Origin: Eledone cirrhosa
Taxonomy: Eukaryota
Length of the DNA stretch: 64,000 nt
NCBI GenBank assembly: GCA_964016885.1
Contig: OZ024743.1
Location: 270,816,001-270,880,000 of the forward strand
Direction of reading: 5' to 3'
The stretch's first letter is position 1; the number at the start of each line of letters is the position of its first letter. Under the pieces are notes generated by a model. The model did not search any database. It was not told the origin of the DNA and saw nothing but the letters and a program-made list of their open reading frames with translations. This document shows, piece after piece, positions 15,001 to 30,000 of the stretch. A program made the position numbers and the translations under genes.

Positions 15001-18000
15001 TATACCGCCAGAGTGATATTTCGCCAGAGTGATATACCGCCAGAGTGATATACCGCCAGAGTGATATTTCGCCATAGTGATATACCACCAGAGTGATATA
15101 CCGCCAGAGTGATATACAGCCAGAGTGATATACAGCCAGAGTGATATACCGCCAGAGTGATATACCGCCAGAGTGATATACCGCCAGAGTGATATTTCGC
15201 CAGAGTGATATACCGCCAGAGTGATATACCGCCAGAGTGATATACAGCCAGAGTGATATACCGCCAGAGTAATATACCGCCAGTGTGATATATCGCCAGA
15301 GTTATATACCGCCAGAGTGATATACAGCCAGAGTGATATACCGCCAGAGTGATATACCGCCAGAGTGATATTTCGCCAGAGTGATATACCGCCAGAGTGA
15401 TATACCGCCAGAGTGATATACCGCCAGAGTGATATACCGTCAGAGTGATATACAGCCAGAGTGATATACCGCCAGAGTGATATACCGCCAGAGTGATATA
15501 CCGCCAGAGTGATATACCGCCAGATGATACACAGCCAGAGTGATATTTCGCCAGAGTGATATATAGCCAGTGTGATATACCGCCAGAGTGATATACCGCC
15601 AGAGTGTTATACCGCCAGAGTAATATACGGCCAGAGTGATATACCGCCAGTGTTATATACAGCCAGAGTGATATACCGCCAGAGTGATATACAGCCAGAG
15701 TGATATACCGCCAGAGTGATATACCGCCAGAGTGATATACCGCCAGAGTGATATTTCGCCATAGTGATATACCACCAGAGTGATATACCGCCAGAGTGAT
15801 ATACAGCCAGAGTGATATACAGCCAGAGTGATATACCGCCAGAGAGATATACCGCCAGAGTGATATACCGCCAGAGTGATATACCGCCAGATTAATATAC
15901 CGCCAGAGTGATATACCGCCAGTGTGATATACCGCCAGAGTGATATACCGCCAGAGTGATATACCGCCAGAGTGATATACCGCCAGAGTGATATAGCGCC
16001 AGAGTGATATACCGCCAGAGTTATATAGGCCAGAGTGATATACAGCCAGAGTGATATACAGCCAGAGTGATATACCGCCAGAGTGATATACCGCCAGCGT
16101 GATATACCGCCAGATGATACACAGCCAGAGTGATATTTCGCCAGAGTGATATATAGCCAGAGTGATATACAGCCAGAGTGATATACCGCCAGAGTGATAT
16201 ACAGCCAATGTGATATACTGCCAGAGTGATATACAGCCAGAGTGATATACCGCCAGAGTGATATACAGCCAGTGTGATATACCGCCAGAGTGATATGCCG
16301 CCAGAGTAATATACAGCCAGTGTGATATACCGCCAGAGTGATATACCGCCAGTGTGATATACCGCCAGAGTGATATACCGCCAGTGTGATATACCGCCAG
16401 AGTGATATACAGCCAGAGTGATATACCGCCAGAGTGATATACCGCCAGAGTGATATACAGCCAGAGTGATATACACCCAGAGTGATATACAGCCAGAGTG
16501 ATATACCGCCAGAGTGATATACCGCCAGAGTGATATACAGCCAGAGTGATATACCGCCTCAGTTATATACCGCCAGAGTGATATACAGCCAGAGTGATAT
16601 ACCGCCAGATTTATATACCGCCAGAGTGATATACCGCCAGAGTGATATACCGCCAGAGTGATATACAGCCAGAGTGATATACCGCCAGAGTGATATACCG
16701 CCAGAGTGATATACCGCCAGAGTGATATACCGCCAGAGTGATATACAGCCAGAGTGATATACCGCCAGAGTGATATACCGCCAGAGTGATATACCGCCAG
16801 AGTGATATACAGCCAGAGTGATATACCGCCAGAGTGATATACAGCCAGAGTGATATACCGCCAGAGTGATATACCGCCAGAGTGATATACAGCCAGAGTG
16901 ATATACCGCCAGAGTGATATACCGCCAGAGTGATATACAGCCAGAGTGATATACCGCCAGAGTGATATTTCGCCAGAGTAATATACCGCCAGAGTGATAT
17001 ACCGCCAGAGTGATATACCGCCAGAGTGATATACCGCCAGAGTGATATACCGCCAGAGTGATATACAGCCAGAGTGATATACAGCCAGAGTGATATACCG
17101 CCAGAGTGATATACCGCCAGAGTGATATACCGCCAGAGTGATATACCGCCAGAGTGATATACCGCCAGAGTGATATAGCGCCAGAGTGATATACCGCCAG
17201 AGTGATATACCGCCAGAGTGATATAGCGCCAGAGTGATATACCGCCAGAGTGATATACCGCCAGAGTGATATTTCGCCATAGTGATATACCACCAGAGTG
17301 ATATACCGCCAGAGTGATATACAGCCAGAGTGATATACAGCCAGAGTGATATACCGCCAGAGTGATATACCGCCAGAGTGATATACCGCCAGAGTGATAT
17401 TTCGCCAGAGTGATATACCGCCAGAGTGATATACCGCCAGAGTGATATTTCGCCATAGTGATATACCACCAGAGTGATATACCGCCAGAGTGATATACAG
17501 CCAGAGTGATATACAGCCAGAGTGATATACCGCCAGAGTGATATACCGCCAGAGTGATATACCGCCAGAGTGATATTTCGCCAGAGTGATATACCGCCAG
17601 AGTGATATACCGCCAGAGTGATATACAGCCAGAGTGATATACCGCCAGAGTAATATACCGCCAGTGTGATATATCGCCAGAGTTATATACCGCCAGAGTG
17701 ATATACAGCCAGAGTGATATACCGCCAGAGTGATATACCGCCAGAGTGATATTTCGCCAGAGTGATATACCGCCAGAGTGATATACCGCCAGAGTGATAT
17801 ACCGCCAGAGTGATATACCGTCAGAGTGATATACAGCCAGAGTGATATACCGCCAGAGTGATATACCGCCAGAGTGATATACCGCCAGAGTGATATACCG
17901 CCAGATGATACACAGCCAGAGTGATATTTCGCCAGAGTGATATATAGCCAGTGTGATATACCGCCAGAGTGATATACCGCCAGAGTGATATACAGCCAAT

Positions 18001-21000
18001 GTGATATACTGCCAGAGTGATATACAGCCAGAGTGATATATCGCCAGAGTGATATACAGCCAGTGTGATATACCGCCAGAGTGATATGCCGCCAGAGTAA
18101 TATACAGCCAGTGTGATATACCGCCAGAGTGATATACCGCCAGTGTGATATACCGCCAGAGTGATATACCGCCAGTGTGATATACCGCCAGAGTGATATA
18201 CAGCCAGAGTGATATACCGCCAGAGTGATATACCGCCAGAGTGATATACCGCCAGAGTGATATACCGCCAGAGTGATATACCGCCAGAGTGATATACCGC
18301 CAGTGTGATATACCGCCAGAGTGATATACAGCCAGAGTGATATACACCCAGAGTGATATACAGCCAGAGTGATATACCGCCAGAGTGATATACCGCCCGA
18401 GTGATATACAGCCAGAGTGATATACCGCCTCAGTTATATACCGCCAGAGTGATATACCGCCAGAGTGATATACCGCCAGAGTGATATACCGCCAGTGTGA
18501 TATACCGCCAGAGTGATATACCGCCAGTGTGATATACCGCCAGAGTGATATACAGCCAGAGTGATATACCGCCAGAGTGATATACCGCCAGAGTGATATA
18601 CCGCCAGAGTGATATACCGCCAGAGTGATATACCGCCAGTGTGATATACCGCCAGAGTGATATACAGCCAGAGTGATATACACCCAGAGTGATATACAGC
18701 CAGAGTGATATACCGCCAGAGTGATATACCGCCAGAGTGATATACCGCCAGAGTGATATACCGCCAGTGTGATATACCGCCAGAGTGATATACAGCCAGA
18801 GTGATATACACCCAGAGTGATATACTGCCAGAGTGATATACCGCCAGAGTGATATACCGCCAGAGTGATATACAGCCAGAGTGATAAAACCACCAGAGTG
18901 ATATACCGCCAGTGTGATATACCGCCTGAGTGATATACCGCCAGAGTGATATACAGCCAGAGTGATATACCGCCAGAGTGATATACCGCCAGAGTGATAT
19001 ACCGCCAGAGTGATATACAGCCAGTGTGATATACCGCCAGAGTGATATACCGCCAGAGTGATATACAGCCAATTTGATATACCGCCAGAGTGATATACAG
19101 CCAGAGTGATATACCGCCAGAGTGATATACAGCCAGAGTGATATACCGCCAGTGTGATATACCGCCAGAGTGATATACCGCCAGAGTGATATGCCGCCAG
19201 AGTGATATACCGCCAGAGTGATATACAGCCAGAGTGATATACCGCCAGAGTGATATACCGACAGAGTGATATACCGCCAGATTAATATACCGCCAGAGTG
19301 ATATACCGCCAGTGTGATATACCGCCAGAGTGATATACCGCCAGAGTGATATACCGCCAGAGTGATATACCGCCAGAGTGATATAGCGCCAGAGTGATAT
19401 ACCGCCAGAGTTATATAGGCCAGAGTGATATACAGCCAGAGTGATATACAGCCAGAGTGATATACCGCCAGAGTGATATACCGCCAGCGTGATATACCGC
19501 CAGATGATACACAGCCAGAGTGATATTTCGCCAGAGTGATATATAGCCAGTGTGATATACCGCCAGAGTGATATACCGCCAGAGTGATATACAGCCAATG
19601 TGATATACTGCCAGAGTGATATACAGCCAGAGTGATATACCGCCAGAGTGATATACAGCCAGTGTGATATACCGCCAGAGTGATATGCCGCCAGAGTAAT
19701 ATACAGCCAGTGTGATATACCGCCAGAGTGATATACCGCCAGTGTGATATACCGCCAGAGTGATATACCGCCAGTGTGATATACCGCCAGAGTGATATAC
19801 AGCCAGAGTGATATACCGCCAGAGTGATATACCGCCAGAGTGATATACAGCCAGAGTGATATACACCCAGAGTGATATACAGCCAGAGTGATATACCGCC
19901 AGAGTGATATACCGCCAGAGTGATATACAGCCAGAGTGATATACCGCCTCAGTTATATACCGCCAGAGTGATATACAGCCAGAGTGATATACCGCCAGAG
20001 TTATATACCGCCAGAGTGATATACCGCCAGAGTGATATACCGCCAGAGTGATATACAGCCAGAGTGATATACCGCCAGAGTGATATACCGCCAGAGTGAT
20101 ATACCGCCAGAGTGATATACCGCCAGAGTGATATACAGCCAGAGTGATATACCGCCAGAGTGATATACCGCCAGAGTGATATACCGCCAGAGTGATATAC
20201 AGCCAGAGTGATATACCGCCAGAGTGATATTTCGCCAGAGTGATATACCGCCAGAGTGATATACCGCCAGAGTGATATACCGCCAGAGTGATATACCGCC
20301 AGAGTGATATACAGCCAGAGTGATATACAGCCAGAGTGATATACCGCCAGAGTGATATACCGCCAGAGTGATATACCGCCAGAGTGATATACCGCCAGAG
20401 TGATATACCGCCAGAGTGATATACCGCCAGAGTGATATACAGCCAGAGTGATATACCGCCAGAGTGATATACCGCCAGAGTGATATACCGCCAGAGTGAT
20501 ATACCGCCAGAGTGATATAGCGCCAGAGTGATATACCGCCAGAGTGATATACCGCCAGAGTGATATACAGCCAGCGTGATATACGGCCAGAGTGATATAC
20601 CGCCAGAGTGATATACCGCCAGAGTGATATACCGCCAGAGTGATATACAGCCAGAGTGATATACCGCGAGAGTGATATACAGCCAGAGTGATATACCGCC
20701 AGAGTGATATACCGCCAGAGTGTTATACCGCCAGAGTAATATACGGCCAGAGTGATATACCGCCAGTGTTATATACAGCCAGAGTGATATACCGCCAGAG
20801 TGATATACAGCCAGAGTGATATACCGCCAGAGTGATATACCGCCAGAGTGATATACCGCCAGAGTGATATTTCGCCATAGTGATATACCACCAGAGTGAT
20901 ATACCGCCAGAGTGATATACAGCCAGAGTGATATACAGCCAGAGTGATATACCGCCAGAGTGATATACCGCCAGAGTGATATACCGCCAGAGTGATATAC

Positions 21001-24000
21001 CGCCAGATTAATATACCGCCAGAGTGATATACCGCCAGTGTGATATACCGCCAGAGTGATATACCGCCAGAGTGATATACCGCCAGAGTGATATACCGCC
21101 AGAGTGATATAGCGCCAGAGTGATATACCGCCAGAGTTATATAGGCCAGAGTGATATACAGCCAGAGTGATATACAGCCAGAGTGATATACCGCCAGAGT
21201 GATATACCGCCAGCGTGATATACCGCCAGATGATACACAGCCAGAGTGATATTTCGCCAGAGTGATATATAGCCAGAGTGATATACAGCCAGAGTGATAT
21301 ACCGCCAGAGTGATATACAGCCAATGTGATATACTGCCAGAGTGATATACAGCCAGAGTGATATACCGCCAGAGTGATATACAGCCAGTGTGATATACCG
21401 CCAGAGTGATATGCCGCCAGAGTAATATACAGCCAGTGTGATATACCGCCAGAGTGATATACCGCCAGTGTGATATACCGCCAGAGTGATATACCGCCAG
21501 TGTGATATACCGCCAGAGTGATATACAGCCAGAGTGATATACCGCCAGAGTGATATACCGCCAGAGTGATATACAGCCAGAGTGATATACACCCAGAGTG
21601 ATATACAGCCAGAGTGATATACCGCCAGAGTGATATACCGCCAGAGTGATATACAGCCAGAGTGATATACCGCCTCAGTTATATACCGCCAGAGTGATAT
21701 ACAGCCAGAGTGATATACCGCCAGATTTATATACCGCCAGAGTGATATACCGCCAGAGTGATATACCGCCAGAGTGATATACAGCCAGAGTGATATACCG
21801 CCAGAGTGATATACCGCCAGAGTGATATACCGCCAGAGTGATATACCGCCAGAGTGATATACAGCCAGAGTGATATACCGCCAGAGTGATATACCGCCAG
21901 AGTGATATACCGCCAGAGTGATATACAGCCAGAGTGATATACCGCCAGAGTGATATACAGCCAGAGTGATATACCGCCAGAGTGATATACCGCCAGAGTG
22001 ATATACAGCCAGAGTGATATACCGCCAGAGTGATATACCGCCAGAGTGATATACAGCCAGAGTGATATACCGCCAGAGTGATATTTCGCCAGAGTAATAT
22101 ACCGCCAGAGTGATATACCGCCAGAGTGATATACCGCCAGAGTGATATACCGCCAGAGTGATATACCGCCAGAGTGATATACACCCAGAGTGATATACAG
22201 CCAGAGTGATATACCGCCAGAGTGATATACCGCCAGAGTGATATACAGCCAGAGTGATATACCGCCTCAGTTATATACCGCCAGAGTGATATACAGCCAG
22301 AGTGATATACCGCCAGAGTTATATACCGCCAGAGTGATATACCGCCAGAGTGATATACCGCCAGAGTGATATACAGCCAGAGTGATATACCGCCAGAGTG
22401 ATATACCGCCAGAGTGATATACCGCCAGAGTGATATACCGCCAGAGTGATATACAGCCAGAGTGATATACCGCCAGAGTGATATACCGCCAGAGTGATAT
22501 ACCGCCAGAGTGATATACAGCCAGAGTGATATACCGCCAGAGTGATATTTCGCCAGAGTGATATACCGCCAGAGTGATATACCGCCAGAGTGATATACCG
22601 CCAGAGTGATATACCGCCAGAGTGATATACAGCCAGAGTGATATACAGCCAGAGTGATATACCGCCAGAGTGATATACCGCCAGAGTGATATACCGCCAG
22701 AGTGATATACCGCCAGAGTGATATACCGCCAGAGTGATATACCGCCAGAGTGATATACAGCCAGAGTGATATACCGCCAGAGTGATATACCGCCAGAGTG
22801 ATATACCGCCAGAGTGATATACCGCCAAAGTGATATAGCGCCAGAGTGATATACCGCCAGAGTGATATACCGCCAGAGTGATATACAGCCAGCGTGATAT
22901 ACGGCCAGAGTGATATACCGCCAGAGTGATATACCGCCAGAGTGATATACCGCCAGAGTGATATACAGCCAGAGTGATATACCGCGAGAGTGATATACAG
23001 CCAGAGTGATATACCGCCAGAGTGATATACCGCCAGAGTGTTATACCGCCAGAGTAATATACGGCCAGAGTGATATACCGCCAGTGTTATATACAGCCAG
23101 AGTGATATACCGCCAGAGTGATATACAGCCAGAGTGATATACCGCCAGAGTGATATACCGCCAGAGTGATATACCGCCAGAGTGATATTTCGCCATAGTG
23201 ATATACCACCAGAGTGATATACCGCCAGAGTGATATACAGCCAGAGTGATATACAGCCAGAGTGATATACCGCCAGAGAGATATACCGCCAGAGTGATAT
23301 ACCGCCAGAGTGATATACCGCCAGATTAATATACCGCCAGAGTGATATACCGCCAGTGTGATATACCGCCAGAGTGATATACCGCCAGAGTGATATACCG
23401 CCAGAGTGATATACCGCCAGAGTGATATAGCGCCAGAGTGATATACCGCCAGAGTTATATAGGCCAGAGTGATATACAGCCAGAGTGATATACAGCCAGA
23501 GTGATATACCGCCAGAGTGATATACCGCCAGCGTGATATACCGCCAGATGATACACAGCCAGAGTGATATTTCGCCAGAGTGATATATAGCCAGAGTGAT
23601 ATACAGCCAGAGTGATATACCGCCAGAGTGATATACAGCCAATGTGATATACTGCCAGAGTGATATACAGCCAGAGTGATATACCGCCAGAGTGATATAC
23701 AGCCAGTGTGATATACCGCCAGAGTGATATGCCGCCAGAGTAATATACAGCCAGTGTGATATACCGCCAGAGTGATATACCGCCAGTGTGATATACCGCC
23801 AGAGTGATATACCGCCAGTGTGATATACCGCCAGAGTGATATACAGCCAGAGTGATATACCGCCAGAGTGATATACCGCCAGAGTGATATACAGCCAGAG
23901 TGATATACACCCAGAGTGATATACAGCCAGAGTGATATACCGCCAGAGTGATATACCGCCAGAGTGATATACAGCCAGAGTGATATACCGCCTCAGTTAT

Positions 24001-27000
24001 ATACCGCCAGAGTGATATACAGCCAGAGTGATATACCGCCAGATTTATATACCGCCAGAGTGATATACCGCCAGAGTGATATACCGCCAGAGTGATATAC
24101 AGCCAGAGTGATATACCGCCAGAGTGATATACCGCCAGAGTGATATACCGCCAGAGTGATATACCGCCAGAGTGATATACAGCCAGAGTGATATACCGCC
24201 AGAGTGATATACCGCCAGAGTGATATACCGCCAGAGTGATATACAGCCAGAGTGATATACCGCCAGAGTGATATACAGCCAGAGTGATATACCGCCAGAG
24301 TGATATACCGCCAGAGTGATATACAGCCAGAGTGATATACCGCCAGAGTGATATACCGCCAGAGTGATATACAGCCAGAGTGATATACCGCCAGAGTGAT
24401 ATTTCGCCAGAGTAATATACCGCCAGAGTGATATACCGCCAGAGTGATATACCGCCAGAGTGATATACCGCCAGAGTGATATACCGCCAGAGTGATATAC
24501 AGCCAGAGTGATATACAGCCAGAGTGATATACCGCCAGAGTGATATACCGCCAGAGTGATATACCGCCAGAGTGATATACCGCCAGAGTGATATACCGCC
24601 AGAGTGATATAGCGCCAGAGTGATATACCGCCAGAGTGATATACCGCCAGAGTGATATAGCGCCAGAGTGATATACCGCCAGAGTGATATACCGCCAGAG
24701 TGATATTTCGCCATAGTGATATACCACCAGAGTGATATACCGCCAGAGTGATATACAGCCAGAGTGATATACAGCCAGAGTGATATACCGCCAGAGTGAT
24801 ATACCGCCAGAGTGATATACCGCCAGAGTGATATTTCGCCAGAGTGATATACCGCCAGAGTGATATACCGCCAGAGTGATATTTCGCCATAGTGATATAC
24901 CACCAGAGTGATATACCGCCAGAGTGATATACAGCCAGAGTGATATACAGCCAGAGTGATATACCGCCAGAGTGATATACCGCCAGAGTGATATACCGCC
25001 AGAGTGATATTTCGCCAGAGTGATATACCGCCAGAGTGATATACCGCCAGAGTGATATACAGCCAGAGTGATATACCGCCAGAGTAATATACCGCCAGTG
25101 TGATATATCGCCAGAGTTATATACCGCCAGAGTGATATACAGCCAGAGTGATATACCGCCAGAGTGATATACCGCCAGAGTGATATTTCGCCAGAGTGAT
25201 ATACCGCCAGAGTGATATACCGCCAGAGTGATATACCGCCAGAGTGATATACCGTCAGAGTGATATACAGCCAGAGTGATATACCGCCAGAGTGATATAC
25301 CGCCAGAGTGATATACCGCCAGAGTGATATACCGCCAGATGATACACAGCCAGAGTGATATTTCGCCAGAGTGATATATAGCCAGTGTGATATACCGCCA
25401 GAGTGATATACCGCCAGAGTGATATACAGCCAATGTGATATACTGCCAGAGTGATATACAGCCAGAGTGATATATCGCCAGAGTGATATACAGCCAGTGT
25501 GATATACCGCCAGAGTGATATGCCGCCAGAGTAATATACAGCCAGTGTGATATACCGCCAGAGTGATATACCGCCAGTGTGATATACCGCCAGAGTGATA
25601 TACCGCCAGTGTGATATACCGCCAGAGTGATATACCGCCAGAGTGATATACCGCCAGAGTGATATACCGCCAGAGTGATATACCGCCAGAGTGATATACC
25701 GCCAGAGTGATATACCGCCAGTGTGATATACCGCCAGAGTGATATACAGCCAGAGTGATATACACCCAGAGTGATATACAGCCAGAGTGATATACCGCCA
25801 GAGTGATATACCGCCAGAGTGATATACAGCCAGAGTGATATACCGCCTCAGTTATATACCGCCAGAGTGATATACAGCCAGAGTGATATACCGCCAGAGT
25901 TATATACCGCCAGAGTGATATACCGCCAGAGTGATATACCGCCAGAGTGATATACAGCCAGAGTGATATACCGCCAGAGTGATATACCGCCAGAGTGATA
26001 TACCGCCAGAGTGATATACCGCCAGAGTGATATACAGCCAGAGTGATATACCGCCAGAGTGATATACCGCCAGAGTGATATACCGCCAGAGTGATATACA
26101 GCCAGAGTGATATACCGCCAGAGTGATATACAGCCAGAGTGATATACCGCCAGAGTGATATACCGCCAGAGTGATATACAGCCAGAGTGATATACCGCCA
26201 GAGTGATATACCGCCAGAGTGATATACAGCCAGAGTGATATACCGCCAGAGTGATATTTCGCCAGAGTGATATACCGCCAGAGTGATATACCGCCAGAGT
26301 GATATACCGCCAGAGTGATATACCGCCAGAGTGATATACCGCCAGAGTGATATACAGCCAGAGTGATATACCGCCAGAGTGATATACCGCCAGAGTGATA
26401 TACCGCCAGAGTGATATACCGCCAGAGTGATATACCGCCAGAGTGATATACAGCCAGTGTGATATACCGCCAGAGTGATATACCGCCAGAGTGATATACA
26501 GCCAGAGTGATATACCGCCAGAGTGATATACCGCCAGAGTGATATACAGCCAGAATGATATACCGCCAGAGTGATATACAGCCAGTGTGATTTACCGCCA
26601 GAGTGATATACCGCCAGAGTGATATACAGCCAGAGTGATATACCGCCAGAGTGATATAGCGCCAGAGTGATATACCGCCAGAGTGATATACCGCCAGAGT
26701 GATATACAGCCAGCGTGATATACGGCCAGCGTGATATACGGCCAGAGTGATATACCGCCAGAGTGATATACCGCCAGAGTGATATACAGCCAGAGTGATA
26801 TACCGCCAGAGTGATATACAGCCAGTGTGATATACCGCCAGAGTGATATACCGCCAGAGTGATATACAGCCAGAGTGATATACCGCCAGAGTGTTATAGC
26901 GCCAGAGTGATATACCGCCAGAGTGATATACCGCCAGAGTGATATACAGCCAGCGTGATATACGGCCAGCGTGATATACGGCCAGAGTGATATACCGCCA

Positions 27001-30000
27001 GAGTGATATACCGCCAGAGTGATATACAGCCAGAGTGATATACCGCCAGAGTGATATAGCGCCAGAGTGATATACCGCTAGAGTGATATATCGCCAAAGT
27101 GATATACCGCCAGAGTGATATTTCGCCAGAGTGATATACCGCCAGAGTGATATACCGCCAGAGTGATATACCGCCAGAGTGATATACCGCCAGAGTGATA
27201 TACAGCCAGAGTGATATACCGCCAGAGTGATATACCGCCAGAGTGATATACCGCCAGATTGATATACCGCCAGAGTGATATACCGCCAGTGTGATATACC
27301 GCCTCAGTTATATACCGCCAGAGTGATATACAGCCAGAGTGATATACCGCCAGAGTGATATACCGCCAGAGTGATATACCGCCAGAGTGATATACCGCCA
27401 GAGTGATATACAGCCAGAGTGATATACCGCCAGAGTGATATACCGCCAGAGTGATATACAGCCAGAGTGATATACCGCCAGAGTGATATACCGCCAGAGT
27501 GATATAGAGCCAGAGTGATATACAGCCAGAGTGATATACCGCCAGAGTGATATACAGCCAGAGTGATATACCGCCAGAGTGATATACAGCCAGAGTGATA
27601 TACCGCCAGAGTGATATACAGCCAGAGTGATATGCAGCCAGAGTGATATACAGCCAGAAGATATACCGCCAGAGTGATATACCGCCAGATTGATATACAG
27701 CCAGAGTGATATACCGCCTCAGTTATATACCGCCAGAGTGATATAGCGCCAGAGTGATATACCGCCAGAGTGATATACCGCCAGAGTGATATACAGCCAG
27801 CGTGATATATGGCTAGCGTGATATACGGCCAGAGTGATATACCGCCAGAGTGATATACCGCCAGAGTGATATACCGCCAGAGTGATATACCGCCAGAGTG
27901 ATATACAGCCAGAGTGATATACCGCCAGAGTGATATAGCGGCAGAGTGATATACCGGCAGAGTGATATACCGCCAGAGTGATATTCCGCCAGAGTGATAT
28001 ACCGCTATAGTGATATACAGCCAGAGTGATATTTCGCCAGAGTGATATACCGCCAGAGTGATATCGCCAGAGTTATATACCGCCAGAGTGATATACCGCC
28101 AGAGTGATATACAGCCAGAGTGATATACAGCCAGCGTGATATACGGCCAGAATGATATACCGCCAGAGTGATATACCGCCAGAGTGATATACCGCCAGAG
28201 TGATATACCGCCAGTGTGATATACAGCCAGAGTGATATTTCGCCAGAGTGATATACCGCCAGAGTGATATACAGCCAGAGTGATATACAGCCAGAGTGAT
28301 ATACCGCCAGAGTGATATACAGCCAGAGTGATATTTCGCCAGAGTGATATACCACCAGAGTGATATACCGCCAGAGTGATATACCACCAGAGTGATATAC
28401 CGCCAGAGTGATATACCACCAGAGTGATATACCACAAGAGTTATATACCGCCAGAGTGATATACCACCAGAGTGATATACCGTCAGAGTGATATACAGCC
28501 AGAGTGATATACCGCCAGAGTGATATACCGCCAGAGTGATATACAGCCAGAGTGATATACCGCCAGAGTGATATACAGCCAGAGTGATATACCGCCAGAG
28601 TGATATACAGCCAGAGTGATATACAGCCAGAGTGATATACAGCCAGAAGATATACCGCCAGAGTGATATACCGCCAGAGTGATATACAGCCAGAGTGATA
28701 TACCGCCTCAGTTATATACCGCCAGAGTGATATAGCGCCAGAGTGATATACCGCCAGAGTGATATACCGCCAGAGTGATATACAGCCAGCGTGATATACG
28801 GCCAGCGTGATATACGGCCAGAGTGATATACCGCCAGAGTGATATACCGCCAGAGTGATATACCGCCAGAGTGATATACCGCCACAGTGATATACAGCCA
28901 GAGTGATATACCGCCAGTGTGATATACCGCCAGAGTGATATACCGCCAGAGTGATATACCGCCAGAGTGATATACAGCCAGAATGATATACCGCCAGAGT
29001 GATATTTCGCCAGAGTGATATACCGCCAGAGTGATATACCGCCAGAGTGATATACCGCCAGAGTGATATACCGCCAGAGTGATATACAGCCAGAGTGATA
29101 TTTCGCCAGAGTGATATACCGCAAGAGTGATATACAGCCAGAGTGATATACAGCCAGAGTGATATACCGCCAGAGTGATATACAGCCAGAGTGATATTTC
29201 GCCAGAGTGATATACCACCAGAGTGATATACCGCCAGAGTGATATACCACCAGAGTGATATACCGCCAGAGTGATATACCGCCAGTGTGATATACAGCCA
29301 GAGTGATATACCGCCAGTGTGATATACCGCCAGAGTGATATACAGCCAGAGTGATATACCGCCAGAGTGATATACCGCCAGAGTGATATACCGCCAGAGT
29401 GATATACCGCCAGTGTGATATACAGCCAGAGTGATATACCGCCAGTGTGACATACCGCCAGAGTGATATACAGCCAGAGTTATATACCGCCAGAGTGATA
29501 TACCGCCAGAGTGATATACAGCCAGAGTGATATACCGCCAGAGTGATATAGCGCCAGAGTGATATACCGCCAGAGTGATATACCGCCAGAGTGATATACA
29601 GCCAGCGTGATATACGGACAGCGTGATATACGGCCAGAGTGATATACCGCCAGAGTGATATACCGTCAGAGTGATATACCGCCAGAGTGATATGCAGCCA
29701 GAGTGATATACCGCCAGAGTGATATACCGCCAGAGTGATATACCGCCAGAGTGATATACAGCCAGAGTGATATACCGCCAGAGTGATATACAACCAGAGT
29801 GATATACCGCCAGAGTGATATACCGCCTCAGTTATATACCGCCAGAGTGATATACAGCCAGAGTGATATACCGCCAGAGTGATATACCGCCAGAGTGATA
29901 TACCGCCAGAGTGATATACAGCCAGAGTGATATACCGCCAGAGTGATATACCGCCAGAGTGATATAGAGCGAGAGTGATATACAGCCAGAGTGATATACC

